Shown here: in pieces, positions 1-9,576 of the stretch
How the letters are laid out: every line of letters starts with the position of its first letter
Numbering within the stretch: position 1 is the first letter of the stretch
IMG/VR virus record: IMGVR_UViG_3300032312_001267
Coordinates: 1 to 24,992 of that record
From: a virus
Taxonomy: Duplodnaviria; Caudoviricetes
Strand: one strand, 5' to 3'
DNA: 24,992 nt
Notes under the pieces: model-generated
Told to the model about the DNA's origin: nothing
Seen by the model: the letters and a program-made list of their open reading frames with translations, nothing else
The model's database searches: none
Made by a program: the position numbers and the translations under genes

Positions 1-1
1 A

Positions 2-670
2 GTGTTAACAGAAGCTGAAGCTATCAAGCAAAGGATCGAAACACTAACACTTCAGGAGAAACTACAGAAAGCAACAGAAAAATTATCTGATACTTTTGCT
101 AATTTTGTAACCGGACCTTTAGGAACATTCTTAACCGACATAAAAACCATATCAGCAATCATTGGATTTATGATAGGATCACAGCTAGGTAAGTTAGCAG
201 CTTCTTTCGGACCTGTTATTTCTGCTGCTGCATCTTACCTGGGTATTACAACTGCTACTGCCGCAGCTACAACCGCAACCGCAACCGCAGTTAGTTTTGG
301 TGCTATGCTACCTGTGATATTAGGAGGTGTTGGAGCAATTCTTGCAGCACTCTACGCTACTCAAGCCGATGATTTATTTTCAGCCGGCGGCAGCGGATCC
401 GGGTACGGTAAAAGAACGCTAATAGCTCCGGAAGGTGCTTTTGCTTTAAATGACAGAGATAACATTATTGCAACAACTAATCCAGTAAATCCAGCCAGAC
501 CAACCTCCGCCGGGAGTAATAACATCACAGTTGCTCCTGCTATACTACCTCCAGTGTATACTCGTATAGAATTAAACGGATCTGCTATTGGAAATGCCAC
601 CAGTAAAGAGAACTACGGAGTAGGTAAAAACATATATGCGTTCGGTGGTCGAGTAGATTACAGCGCATAA
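2..670 (+). CDS. Tail tape-measure-like protein, C-terminal part (5' end outside window)
   Basis: Open from the window edge. Coiled-coil start followed by long Ala/Gly/Thr-rich hydrophobic helices (AAASYLGITTATAAATTATATAVSFGAMLPVILGGVGAILAAL). Lies directly upstream of tail/baseplate genes. Confidence 0.6.
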   Translation: MLTEAEAIKQRIETLTLQEKLQKATEKLSDTFANFVTGPLGTFLTDIKTISAIIGFMIGSQLGKLAASFGPVISAAASYLGITTATAAATTATATAVSFGAMLPVILGGVGAILAALYATQADDLFSAGGSGSGYGKRTLIAPEGAFALNDRDNIIATTNPVNPARPTSAGSNNITVAPAILPPVYTRIELNGSAIGNATSKENYGVGKNIYAFGGRVDYSA

Positions 671-672
671 AC

Positions 673-680
673 TATTTATA
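673..680 (+). promoter_or_regulatory. Putative phage late-promoter motif TATTTATA
   Basis: Intergenic, 15 nt before the ATG at 696. The same motif recurs just upstream of starts at 9433, 18450 and 24692. Confidence 0.5.
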
Positions 681-695
681 ATTAAAACAACACCT

Positions 696-1004
696 ATGGG
701 CTTATTAAAAATATTCGAAAAAACCGAAACTGTTCCTTTCAAAAACTACTTCGGAACTCTACTTGGTAAAAAAACTCCAAGCCAGCAATTCTCTCCTGAG
801 AATCCCTTAGCTACTGACCAATCAACTTTACATGCTGATCCGACAGGAAAGCCAGGCTATTCCTTAAACGGAAGTTTTATCTCTACAGTAACCAAGCAAT
901 ACAATCAGTATGATGATGGAGTGGCAAATCCTTTACCGCAACCCTCTAAGTACGATTTGGATGGTAAGACACCAACTAGTTACAAGAATCCTGAAAAACC
1001 TTAA
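696..1004 (+). CDS. Hypothetical protein, probably virion/tail-associated
   Basis: 102-aa ORF with ATG and A-rich leader, between tape measure and baseplate genes; no recognisable motif. Confidence 0.6.
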   Translation: MGLLKIFEKTETVPFKNYFGTLLGKKTPSQQFSPENPLATDQSTLHADPTGKPGYSLNGSFISTVTKQYNQYDDGVANPLPQPSKYDLDGKTPTSYKNPEKP

Positions 1005-1018
1005 AATAAGAAATTTTA

Positions 1019-3196
1019 ATGGCGTTAAAGGAACTTCTAGTTGATCTAGAGGATTTTTCTGTAGACTTAGCAAAATTCTACAAACAGAATCCTTTTCTGG
1101 CAGCTTACCCAGGTAAGGCCGGACCGGTCGAATTTTTGAAAACCGGATTTGATCAAAGAAGCATCCCTTTTGGTAATGATTTACCAGGTGGTGGCAGTAG
1201 TAAGCAGCCCTTCATTAAGAAAAAACTACCCCCTGTTCTATCAGACCCAACAGTTGATTGGCCGGATTTTCTAGTAAGAGATCCAAAAAACTTCTTTAGT
1301 ACACGTTTAGATGATGTAGAAAGAATCGGAAAGTTTCTCTTAACACCGGAAGGTCTTTTGTTTACTGCCAAGCAGGAACTTCTTTCTTTACAGAATCCAA
1401 TAGTACCCGGTAGACCTAACCGATCTACTCCTGTTGCAGGGTTGTACTATCCTTATATGACTTTAGGGCAGGTTGCTGCTGAAGGAACTGGTCTACATAT
1501 CGAAAAGCAGGGAGCTTCTCCTATCTTCAATCAGAATAGTAAGTATGAATATCAATATACTAATAACTACAATGAAGATAAGACAAACAGACTTACTATC
1601 CTCTACAACTCAAAAATACTAGGTAATGGTGCAGCCGACAATACTTTACAGGCTAAAGCTTTGGGTATTTCTAGTTTAGATGGACAACTTCTTAGCTATA
1701 TAGGAGGTCCTAATGTCGGTATAAATGGAAAGACTACTATTCAAAGAGCAGGAAACGCTGTTTACAGTGCCGGTAGCATTCAAAAAAGAGCCAATAACCT
1801 CTCTTTAAGTAATAGCCGAACCGTTAATATTAATTATAACACTCCAGTTAACGGCAATACCGGTTACTATAAGTTTCTAGGAGTTACTAATAAAGGATTA
1901 GAATTAAAATACCTTACAAACGAACTTATAGCACCAGGTTTAGGAAATTACGAACCTTGGATAGAAACATATAACAGTATTGATGCTAACGGAGAGTTTG
2001 TATCTCAGAATAATTCTTTATTTTCACAGAGAACTACTCAGTTAGGAGTATTTACTTATAGACAACCCCAGCTAATAGAGCAAACCCCCATCGGCGCAGG
2101 TGGAGATACATCGTTTGTAGCAATTGGAGATTTTAGAAAGAAGATTCTAGATACGAATACAACTGCTGCTGACCAAATAAAACAAGACAATCAAGGATTA
2201 GTATTTAGTAACTATAAGAATTTTAACAGAGAAACTCGAGTAGGGTCAGGCAACCCAGGTAAGAGAACTAGAAGAAGGAGCAAGTTATCCCATTACGACA
2301 ACGATACTGTTGATCGTATCAACATGCTCCCACTTTATACAGATAGAGCAGTTCTAGATCCTTATAACCTAACCAGAGATTTAGTTAAGTTTAGATTCGA
2401 AGTCATCAGCAATGCAAATCCAGAGGAATCAACATTTATTCACTTTAGAGCATTCTTAGGACAAATATCGGATAATTTTAAAGGAGAGTGGAACGGAGTT
2501 AATTATATAGGTAGAGGAGAAAAGTTCTACAATTATACTGGCTTTTCTAGAGATATTTCATTTACTTTCAAAGTACATGCTCAATCTAGAGCGGAAATGA
2601 AATCAATCTACCAGAAACTAAACTACCTAGCATCCTCGACCGCACCTGATTATTCAAATGGATATATGAAAGGTAATCTACTACGGTTAACTATTGGGGA
2701 CTATCTTTATGTAGTACCTGGTTTTATTACAAACCTAACCTATACAATCCCAGAAGATGCACCTTGGGAAATTGCTTTAAATAGCCCTGAAGATGGAGAC
2801 GATTCAGGTGTTATGGAAACACCTAAGTTGTTTGATGTGAGTGTTAATTTTACACCAATTCACGATTTCGTACCTCAAATCGGAGCAACTAGAGATACAG
2901 CATTCATTACAAACCCAACAGGTAAAGGAGATCAGAACCAGTATCTGGATGATGCTAAAATTTATTTCTTTAATAACCAAAAGAATTCGGTTGCTAACCC
3001 TAAAGGTACTATATTATATACAGAAGAAGGTGTTAATAGGAAGATACAAGCTAACGGTATCGCTACAATCACCGCTGCTGACTTGGAACCTTATGCAACT
3101 AACCACATTATCCAAACAAATGAACCTCCTGGAGGACAGACAAACTTCACCGGAGGAGCTCCAACTAATACTAATCCCGAATTAACATTCTCGTAA
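1019..3196 (+). CDS. Tail tube-initiator / baseplate protein (contractile-tail tube-like domain in C-terminal half)
   Basis: Segment FRAFLGQISDNFKGEW..YIGRGEKFYNYTGFSRDISFTFKV..LLRLTIGDYL..PGFITNLTYT resembles tube-initiator domains (T4 gp48/gp54, P2 gpU-like). Position between tape measure and LysM gene is the canonical order. Confidence 0.6.
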   Translation: MALKELLVDLEDFSVDLAKFYKQNPFLAAYPGKAGPVEFLKTGFDQRSIPFGNDLPGGGSSKQPFIKKKLPPVLSDPTVDWPDFLVRDPKNFFSTRLDDVERIGKFLLTPEGLLFTAKQELLSLQNPIVPGRPNRSTPVAGLYYPYMTLGQVAAEGTGLHIEKQGASPIFNQNSKYEYQYTNNYNEDKTNRLTILYNSKILGNGAADNTLQAKALGISSLDGQLLSYIGGPNVGINGKTTIQRAGNAVYSAGSIQKRANNLSLSNSRTVNINYNTPVNGNTGYYKFLGVTNKGLELKYLTNELIAPGLGNYEPWIETYNSIDANGEFVSQNNSLFSQRTTQLGVFTYRQPQLIEQTPIGAGGDTSFVAIGDFRKKILDTNTTAADQIKQDNQGLVFSNYKNFNRETRVGSGNPGKRTRRRSKLSHYDNDTVDRINMLPLYTDRAVLDPYNLTRDLVKFRFEVISNANPEESTFIHFRAFLGQISDNFKGEWNGVNYIGRGEKFYNYTGFSRDISFTFKVHAQSRAEMKSIYQKLNYLASSTAPDYSNGYMKGNLLRLTIGDYLYVVPGFITNLTYTIPEDAPWEIALNSPEDGDDSGVMETPKLFDVSVNFTPIHDFVPQIGATRDTAFITNPTGKGDQNQYLDDAKIYFFNNQKNSVANPKGTILYTEEGVNRKIQANGIATITAADLEPYATNHIIQTNEPPGGQTNFTGGAPTNTNPELTFS

Positions 3197-3197
3197 A

Positions 3198-3500
3198 ATG
3201 AACCGTTACGCAGATATACAAACTTACAGAACCGCTACTGGAATTAGGTACCAAGGTATAACCAGGTATCCTGAAATTCCTAATAGTGAAAATGATGTTT
3301 ATGTAATAACTACGGACGGGGATAGGTTAGATAATCTAGCATATCAATTCTACGGTGATTCATCCCTATACTGGATAATAGCTTCTGCTAACCCAGATCA
3401 AATTTATAATTTACTATACCCAGTTTTAGGATCACAGTTACGTATTCCTTTTCCGGTAGATGAAATTATAAACAGTTTTAATACTTTAAACAATGGTTAA
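3198..3500 (+). CDS. LysM-like baseplate protein (P2 gpX / T4 gp53-like)
   Basis: YVITTDGDRLDNLAYQFYGDSSLYWIIASAN...GSQLRIP is the typical phage-tail LysM signature. Confidence 0.85.
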   Translation: MNRYADIQTYRTATGIRYQGITRYPEIPNSENDVYVITTDGDRLDNLAYQFYGDSSLYWIIASANPDQIYNLLYPVLGSQLRIPFPVDEIINSFNTLNNG

Positions 3501-5022
3501 GATTTTAGGAATTCCTTTTGCAGACTACGTTCATGATCAAATACAAGTTAGACAGGCAAAACTTGCAAACCCACAGAAGAACCCTGAAGACCTAACTGTA
3601 TTTAATTCCAACACAGCATGGGTAAGATTATCCTCAGGTGTAAGATTAGAACCAAGTAGAGCTCAGGAACTGAGCACCAAGCTTGGAATAGCACAGAGTC
3701 TTGTTGAAGGTCCTGCATTAGCCAGGAACTTAGTACTGTGGGGAGGAGTATCCTCCTTTACTTCCACACAAGGTAAAGCTGTCTTAGATTCCGGAAAAGG
3801 AGGGGTTGGGTATGGAGTAGATAACAGCTACGGATTCTTATCAAACAGCGAGCAAGGATTAAAACCGATGCCCGGCATCGAAAGAATATCTTGCAATTAC
3901 AAAAACAACGGGTCATTAAAACAAGCATCTGTTGATATTAAATGTTATACAAGATCTCAGTTTGAAGCTTTAGAAGCTACTTATCTCCGGTTAGGTTATA
4001 CCATGGTTTTAGAATGGGGAAATGCTCTTTGGTTTGATAACCAAGGTAACCACCAACAAACCAAAGCTTATTCAATCCCAAATTTACTATTTAGGGATGA
4101 TAAAAACCTCGACTCTACTAAAATACAAGATCAGATATTGAGAAACAAAAAACAAACATCGGCTAACTACGATGCCATGCTTGCAAAAGTTTCCAACTAC
4201 TCCTGGACATTAAATGAGGATTTAAGTTTTTCAATTAAGTTAGATCTAATTTCAGTAGGAGATATTGTTGATTCTTTAAAAATGAACTTAGGAGGTAGCA
4301 ATTCGGTTGATCTTATGAAACATATCGAAGTTTCTTCAAGCTTTCAAAACTTAGTAGCTATACAGGTTAATAAAGAAGCTTCACAGCTAAATAACTTTTT
4401 CTACGAACTATACGATACAACATTCAAAGACTTGATAGCCAAGTACGGATCAGAAGAAAATAGAAAACAGATTCAAGAAATCGATGATGTAGTTGAGACA
4501 GCAGACGAGGCTGCAAATCTCTATACCAGGTATAAACCACCTTTAGATAGGTATAGAGAATACTACAACCTCCTACGTGAAGCAGAAGCTATTGCCGGTA
4601 GAGCTGAGAAAAAATCGTCTGGATCTATATTATCAATAAAAACAGAAGATTTGGAAAGGTGGAACTTTATAATTGCAGATCTTGATACGGATGAGAGCAC
4701 ATTAAAATCTGCCTTTGACCCACCGAGATCAGTTGGAAAATTTTCCGGTAATATAGAAACTATAGATAATTTTGGCAAAGCTCTTAATGCTATTGATACA
4801 TACCTGTCCTCAGTTACAGTTAAGCAAGGTGAAACTGCAATAGTTAAAAACCTAAATAATCAAAACCCAGACCTAGCTATACAAACAGCTCTCGAAACTG
4901 GCTACTTTGATAGAGATAAAACAGTAGAAGTACCTGGAGCAGAGTTAAAACATCCAAATTACCTATTTGATTCTTTTATTGCTGATATTTTAGAGAATTT
5001 ACTAAGTATAGATGTAAACTAA
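3493..5022 (+). CDS. Putative baseplate hub protein, N-terminal portion
   Basis: Follows the LysM gene with an 8-nt overlap. Beta-rich N-terminal half (PMPGIERISCNY..ASVDIKCY..YLRLGYTMVLEWG..AKVSNYSWTLNEDLSFSIKLDL) is consistent with a gp27/gpD-type hub; C-terminal half is helical. Confidence 0.5.
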   Translation: MVKILGIPFADYVHDQIQVRQAKLANPQKNPEDLTVFNSNTAWVRLSSGVRLEPSRAQELSTKLGIAQSLVEGPALARNLVLWGGVSSFTSTQGKAVLDSGKGGVGYGVDNSYGFLSNSEQGLKPMPGIERISCNYKNNGSLKQASVDIKCYTRSQFEALEATYLRLGYTMVLEWGNALWFDNQGNHQQTKAYSIPNLLFRDDKNLDSTKIQDQILRNKKQTSANYDAMLAKVSNYSWTLNEDLSFSIKLDLISVGDIVDSLKMNLGGSNSVDLMKHIEVSSSFQNLVAIQVNKEASQLNNFFYELYDTTFKDLIAKYGSEENRKQIQEIDDVVETADEAANLYTRYKPPLDRYREYYNLLREAEAIAGRAEKKSSGSILSIKTEDLERWNFIIADLDTDESTLKSAFDPPRSVGKFSGNIETIDNFGKALNAIDTYLSSVTVKQGETAIVKNLNNQNPDLAIQTALETGYFDRDKTVEVPGAELKHPNYLFDSFIADILENLLSIDVN

Positions 5023-5026
5023 AACA

Positions 5027-6313
5027 ATGGGAATATATTCAAGTTTCATACAGGAGATGGTGAAAAGCGTCAAGTATAGAGGAGCTAACTTTATACAATA
5101 CGCCGATAGCGGAGGAGAACTTTATATCTCTTTTCAGACACTGTTAAAGTTTATTGCAGAATACATCACCCTCGTAGATCAAAACGATCAAGCTATAGTG
5201 AAAGTAGACTGGGAATCAGACAAACCATTCTTTGCTTATTCAACTAGTATTTCTTGTAATCTACTTAAATGCTACCTGTATAACGACTACGTAGGAAATG
5301 AAGACGGAGCATTCTATCAAGACGACTCTGCAACTTTTCATCCGTTTACCTTCTTTGAAGACCAATCTTTAAAAAATCTAAACACTGAATTAGGAAAAAA
5401 AGCAGACGCTCCAGACTATTCTATATTCCCAGTAGTAGGTAATATTAACTACGTTTACTTAAATGTTGGCTTTCTTTCAGAATTACTAACCAGTGGAAGC
5501 GACAATGCTCAGAATCTAGTTTCAGTTAGAGAATTTTTACAGGAAGTCTGCAACGGAGTTAATAAAGCTTTAGGGAGTATAAATGATCTCCAGGTTATTA
5601 TTGACGACGATACTAATACACTCACAGTAGTTGATTTTAATCAAAAGAGAATTAAGGGTTTAGCTGATATCAAAAAAGGAATGGTAACAACTCTCAAAGC
5701 TCAGGGATTAGGAAGTTTCGTGATCTCTATTAATGCTCAGAGTAGTATTACCCCAGACATTGCTGCAACTATTGCAATTGGAGCTCAAGCTAATGCAAAC
5801 CAGTTAGGAGTTGAAGCTATTACTTTTAGTAGGTTGAGTCAAGGTATTGTTGATAGAATCTACACAGAGAGGAAACCTAAGAATGCTCCTAATGTAAATA
5901 ACATAGATTTAGAGAAGGAGAAAAACGAACAGTTTCAAACAGCTGTTGAAGCTTACATTCAACTTATAGCAAATCAAATACCAAGTGATGATACTAGTGA
6001 AAAAATATTATTCAAGTCCGATGACGACATTAACTTGGAAAATATACCAGTAGAGCTATATAAAGCACTACTAGGTAAATTTACAGAAAGTAAGCAAGCA
6101 TCAACTACTTTTATACCTATCAAACTAGAATTAGTACTTTCAGGCATCAGTGGAATAAAAATCTTTGATAGATTTACTATTACCAGTGATGTTCTTCCTT
6201 ACATCTATAATCAGAATTTTGACTTCATAGTGACCGGAGTATCGCATGAGATTACAAACAACAACAGGTGGTTGACTAAACTATCAGCAATAATTACTTT
6301 AAAAGAAGAATAA
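5027..6313 (+). CDS. Putative baseplate hub protein, C-terminal portion (gp27/gpD-like)
   Basis: C-terminal LELVLSGISGIKIFDRFTI..FIVTGVSHEITNNNRWLTKL matches the end pattern of phage late-control-D/hub proteins. Confidence 0.55.
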   Translation: MGIYSSFIQEMVKSVKYRGANFIQYADSGGELYISFQTLLKFIAEYITLVDQNDQAIVKVDWESDKPFFAYSTSISCNLLKCYLYNDYVGNEDGAFYQDDSATFHPFTFFEDQSLKNLNTELGKKADAPDYSIFPVVGNINYVYLNVGFLSELLTSGSDNAQNLVSVREFLQEVCNGVNKALGSINDLQVIIDDDTNTLTVVDFNQKRIKGLADIKKGMVTTLKAQGLGSFVISINAQSSITPDIAATIAIGAQANANQLGVEAITFSRLSQGIVDRIYTERKPKNAPNVNNIDLEKEKNEQFQTAVEAYIQLIANQIPSDDTSEKILFKSDDDINLENIPVELYKALLGKFTESKQASTTFIPIKLELVLSGISGIKIFDRFTITSDVLPYIYNQNFDFIVTGVSHEITNNNRWLTKLSAIITLKEE

Positions 6314-6325
6314 TACGTATAATAT

Positions 6326-7012
6326 ATGAAGAGCTTCTTTCTAACTGATAACTTTGGTACGTATACTGCAGAAAGTTCAAACCAGGAATACACTACAGTA
6401 GCAACTGCAGTTCTTAGTAATGTTAAGCCTATCTCTAAAGAGACTGTTAACTTTAAAGAAGTTACTAGGCAGGTAATAGCATACTTAGAAGGAGGTTATT
6501 ATAGTCCAAAAACATCAAATGTTAGAGACCCCAGGTTTTATACTAGCGGAGAAACACTGTTTGGTATTGATAGAAAGAACGGAGGTGCAGAAGTAACAAC
6601 CACCCCCACTGCTTTGAAGTTCTGGAAAGCAATTGACGATACCCAAAATCAGAGCGGGAAGTGGCCGTACCTATATATCCCGCCAGACCCGTTACAATCT
6701 CAGCTAGTAGATTATGTAGCTGTAATGATGGAAGAACGATTCAACAGAATGTTTAACGCTAACTTTAAAAATGCGAATGTAAAGTCAATAGTAAAATCAG
6801 ACGGGAGACTACTGTTTAATTTTATATACGCTTCTTGGAACGGAGATGGATGGTTTCAAAAATTTGCTACAAGTATAGAGTCAGCCTACAATAAAGGAAC
6901 TAAAGACCCAGAAGATTTAGTTAGGTTAGCAGTGTCTTTGAGAACAGGAGATAAAGACTCACTAATTAAACAGGGTGGATACAAGATAAAAGGACTTTTT
7001 AAACTAAGGTAA
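6326..7012 (+). CDS. Lysozyme-like peptidoglycan hydrolase (GH108-like), probably tail-associated
   Basis: VIAYLEGGYY...DPR...GETLFGID matches the EGGY..D.GGET..GI motif of glycoside hydrolase family 108. Directly follows the hub genes. Confidence 0.7.
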   Translation: MKSFFLTDNFGTYTAESSNQEYTTVATAVLSNVKPISKETVNFKEVTRQVIAYLEGGYYSPKTSNVRDPRFYTSGETLFGIDRKNGGAEVTTTPTALKFWKAIDDTQNQSGKWPYLYIPPDPLQSQLVDYVAVMMEERFNRMFNANFKNANVKSIVKSDGRLLFNFIYASWNGDGWFQKFATSIESAYNKGTKDPEDLVRLAVSLRTGDKDSLIKQGGYKIKGLFKLR

Positions 7013-7013
7013 T

Positions 7014-7634
7014 ATGTACTATCCTAAATCTAAAATAATAGTCAATCAGCAAACTAACGGGAATGAATTCCTATATAAGTATAATAATACTTCATATGAA
7101 GGCTACTACCATATTCTTGCTGACGGGAAAGTATACTCGGGAAAGAATCCAAATGACGGTGTCCCAAGAGAGTTAATCTACCAAAGTAAATACCTTCAAA
7201 GAGATACAGAAGTACAAGATTCTCAAATTTCACCAGCATCTGTATTTAAACTTTACGACTTAGGGGTATCAAAATTACCCTATGATAATTTAAGATTATC
7301 TAAAACTAGACAATACCCTCCTACGGAGTTAGTAGAACCTATCTACACAACCCCAATTCCAACATACCCTTCTTTTTACAGGTACTTTGTTAAAAGAACA
7401 AACAACACTATATTTGTAGAGATAGATCAAAAGCAATACACTAAGTTTATTGAGAAAGATATTTTCTACAACTGGGCTAGTTACATACCGTTTCAAATTC
7501 CATGGACTACTATCGGAGGAAATAAAACTCAAATAGCAGAGACTAACAAAAAAATAGTGCTTTTAACTGAACAAAGACAAAACCTCTACGGATTATCTCA
7601 ATACATAACAAACTATACGGAATTTACAATCTAA
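7014..7634 (+). CDS. Hypothetical protein (end of tail module)
   Basis: 206-aa Tyr-rich ORF starting 1 nt after the previous stop; no recognisable motif. Confidence 0.6.
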   Translation: MYYPKSKIIVNQQTNGNEFLYKYNNTSYEGYYHILADGKVYSGKNPNDGVPRELIYQSKYLQRDTEVQDSQISPASVFKLYDLGVSKLPYDNLRLSKTRQYPPTELVEPIYTTPIPTYPSFYRYFVKRTNNTIFVEIDQKQYTKFIEKDIFYNWASYIPFQIPWTTIGGNKTQIAETNKKIVLLTEQRQNLYGLSQYITNYTEFTI

Positions 7635-7635
7635 G

Positions 7636-7664
7636 TAGGATTCCTGAACATTAGTCCTTATCTT
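7636..7664 (+). promoter_or_regulatory. Putative Bacteroidota-type promoter (TAG-N20-TATCTT variant) for the polymerase
   Basis: AAGTAG at 7633-7638 and TATCTT at 7659-7664. Same 20-nt spacing as the TTG-N20-TATATT sites at 10241, 12567 and 13629. Confidence 0.4.
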
Positions 7665-7676
7665 TATTGAAAGGTT

Positions 7677-8960
7677 ATGTTTTGGTTAGTAGAAACACAA
7701 GAGCAGTTCGATAAGTTGCAATTTGAATTAGGAGAAGAAATCTTCATACTTCCTATTCAGACTCATCCGGAAATTCATCCGGGCATTTATGCACCGTTAA
7801 GTCTTTATCTTAGAGACGTTACTCAGCCGAAAGGCTTTCTAATTAATTACTTTCATCCGGAAGCTCTGCAGTTTGATCCTCTACAGGTTAAAGAATACTT
7901 AAGAACTTTCAAGAAGATCTATACTCCGGATAAAAAAGCATTAAGTTATACTTATTTCGGTTCAAATACTTACGATCTTAATCTATTTGAGTATAAGGAA
8001 GTAAGAAAGCAGACTCATGCCCATAGCTTCTACTCTCAAAGGTATTACGAAAGTGAAGACCTTAATTCAGTAATTCCAATAGTAAAGCATTTTGAACAGT
8101 GTGAGATTATATTTGAAGAATATACTTCAGTAATTAAAAGATACACTCCTAACGAATATCACGATGATCTATCTAATGTATTCTGGTTTATAGAAAGAAA
8201 CGGTTTGAAGGTTAATAGTGCCTTTGAAAGATACTTTGACTTGAAGAGACCCTTTCTATCCCGCTATAACTCATATACATTTACTCAATACAACCTCAAC
8301 ACGACTACCGGCCGACCTTCTAATACGTTTAACAGCTTAAACTTTGCTGCTTTACCTAAAGAAAACGGTTCTAGATCGGTTTTTGTACCGAGAAACGATT
8401 TTTTATTGGAGATTGACTTAACTGCTTACCATCCTACGTTGATTGGACAGATGGTTGGTTATGATTCACCAACCGGGGATATTTATGAAGATTTTGCAGC
8501 CAAGTACGGAATGGATCGAACTGAAGCAAAAGGATTAGTATTTAAGCAGCTGTACGGGCATATATTCGATCAATACAAAGACTTTGAATTCTTTGAGTTA
8601 ACTCAGAAGCTTATCGAAGAGATCTGGAATACATTTAGTAGTAAAGGTAAATACGTAGTTCAAGAGACCGGGAAGGTGTTTAAGAAAGACGATTTACCTA
8701 ATATGAACCCACAGAAGCTGTTTAATTACGTTATTCAGCATTGGGAAACTTACAGCAACGTTGCAATCCTTAAAGAAATCATTTATATTATTAATAACAA
8801 GGAGACAAAATTAGTACTTTATGTCTACGACGCGTTCGTCTTTGACGTTAGTAAGCAGGATAAAGAGGAGATTAAGAAGATATTAGGAGTATTTAACGAC
8901 AAAAATTTAAAGATAAAAACAAGTTATGGACCAGACTACGACACTTTACAGCCCCTTTGA
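7677..8960 (+). CDS. polA: Family A DNA polymerase, unusually short (427 aa)
   Basis: TTGRPS; motif A EIDLTAYHP; motif B RTEAKGLVFKQLYG; NYVIQ; motif C YVYDAFVFD. No 5'-3' exonuclease domain and no clear 3'-5' exonuclease motifs. Confidence 0.85.
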   Translation: MFWLVETQEQFDKLQFELGEEIFILPIQTHPEIHPGIYAPLSLYLRDVTQPKGFLINYFHPEALQFDPLQVKEYLRTFKKIYTPDKKALSYTYFGSNTYDLNLFEYKEVRKQTHAHSFYSQRYYESEDLNSVIPIVKHFEQCEIIFEEYTSVIKRYTPNEYHDDLSNVFWFIERNGLKVNSAFERYFDLKRPFLSRYNSYTFTQYNLNTTTGRPSNTFNSLNFAALPKENGSRSVFVPRNDFLLEIDLTAYHPTLIGQMVGYDSPTGDIYEDFAAKYGMDRTEAKGLVFKQLYGHIFDQYKDFEFFELTQKLIEEIWNTFSSKGKYVVQETGKVFKKDDLPNMNPQKLFNYVIQHWETYSNVAILKEIIYIINNKETKLVLYVYDAFVFDVSKQDKEEIKKILGVFNDKNLKIKTSYGPDYDTLQPL

Positions 8961-9381
8961 TATTTATGATAGAGAAACTATCAATATCGGAGACGTGAAT
9001 AATAAACTATTTTGTACATTCGTACCACTTACTGAAGTGGATTCCTTTATAAAGGAGATTACGAGCGAGTACACTATTTTATATAATAAGATTTTTGTTT
9101 TGCATATTAAGAGCAACGACGAGTACGTCTGTACTTATAACGTTGATCAGCCTAACATTAACAACATTCCAGAAAATACCATCCTAGTTCATAGGAAAAA
9201 GGAGTATAATGTTTTATATACCATCAATGCGTTAAACGAATTAATTAAGAGTCTGAACGAAGGGATTGTTGATACAAACTATAAGATCAACTGGCAACAT
9301 TATAGAAACACAATCCTACTTACTCAACAGCAAGAGTTAAAGCTGTTGAGAACAAAAATATACGATATCATTGAGCTGTAA
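8926..9381 (+). CDS. Hypothetical protein (start may be GTG at 8995)
   Basis: 151-aa ORF overlapping the polA end. A TATTTAT motif at 8961-8967 suggests the downstream GTG (VNNKLFCTF) as an alternative start. Confidence 0.65.
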   Translation: MDQTTTLYSPFDIYDRETINIGDVNNKLFCTFVPLTEVDSFIKEITSEYTILYNKIFVLHIKSNDEYVCTYNVDQPNINNIPENTILVHRKKEYNVLYTINALNELIKSLNEGIVDTNYKINWQHYRNTILLTQQQELKLLRTKIYDIIEL

Positions 9382-9382
9382 A

Positions 9383-9406
9383 TTTCTTAGTTTTTTTCTT
9401 AGTTTT
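9383..9406. repeat. Perfect 12-bp tandem duplication TTTCTTAGTTTT x2
   Basis: Units at 9383-9394 and 9395-9406, in the T-rich spacer at the left edge of the GIY-YIG cassette. Confidence 0.7.
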
Positions 9407-9418
9407 TTATTTTACAAC

Positions 9419-9426
9419 TATTTATA
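9419..9426 (+). promoter_or_regulatory. Putative late-promoter motif TATTTATA
   Basis: ACTATTTATAAT, identical to 671-682; 6 nt before the ATG at 9433. Confidence 0.5.
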
Positions 9427-9432
9427 ATAGAG

Positions 9433-9576
9433 ATGGGACGAATTAAAAAGCACCTTTCCGAAGAGCAAAAAAAAGAAGCTCAAAGAAAATGGTCCCAAAA
9501 CTACTATGTAAAAAACAAAAAAGAAATTGATGAGAAAGCAAAAAACCGGTATCACAAAAACAACAGGGATCTATAA
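9433..9576 (+). CDS. Small basic protein (47 aa), absent from the ORF track
   Basis: ATG 9433 to TAA 9576 reads MGRIKKHLSEEQKKEAQRKWSQNYYVKNKKEIDEKAKNRYHKNNRDL. Directly follows the TATTTATA motif and overlaps the GIY-YIG ORF start in another frame. Confidence 0.55.
   Translation: MGRIKKHLSEEQKKEAQRKWSQNYYVKNKKEIDEKAKNRYHKNNRDL

Noticed and set aside
673-680. TATAAATA on the minus strand as a T4-type late promoter driving antisense genes
   Set aside because: No credible minus-strand genes lie downstream, and every copy sits just before a + strand start, so the + orientation was preferred.
1019-7012. Bacterial extracellular contractile injection system or T6SS locus
   Set aside because: The tail genes are contiguous with a full phage replication module (SSB, UvsX, helicase, NrdJ, homing endonuclease), which indicates a phage.
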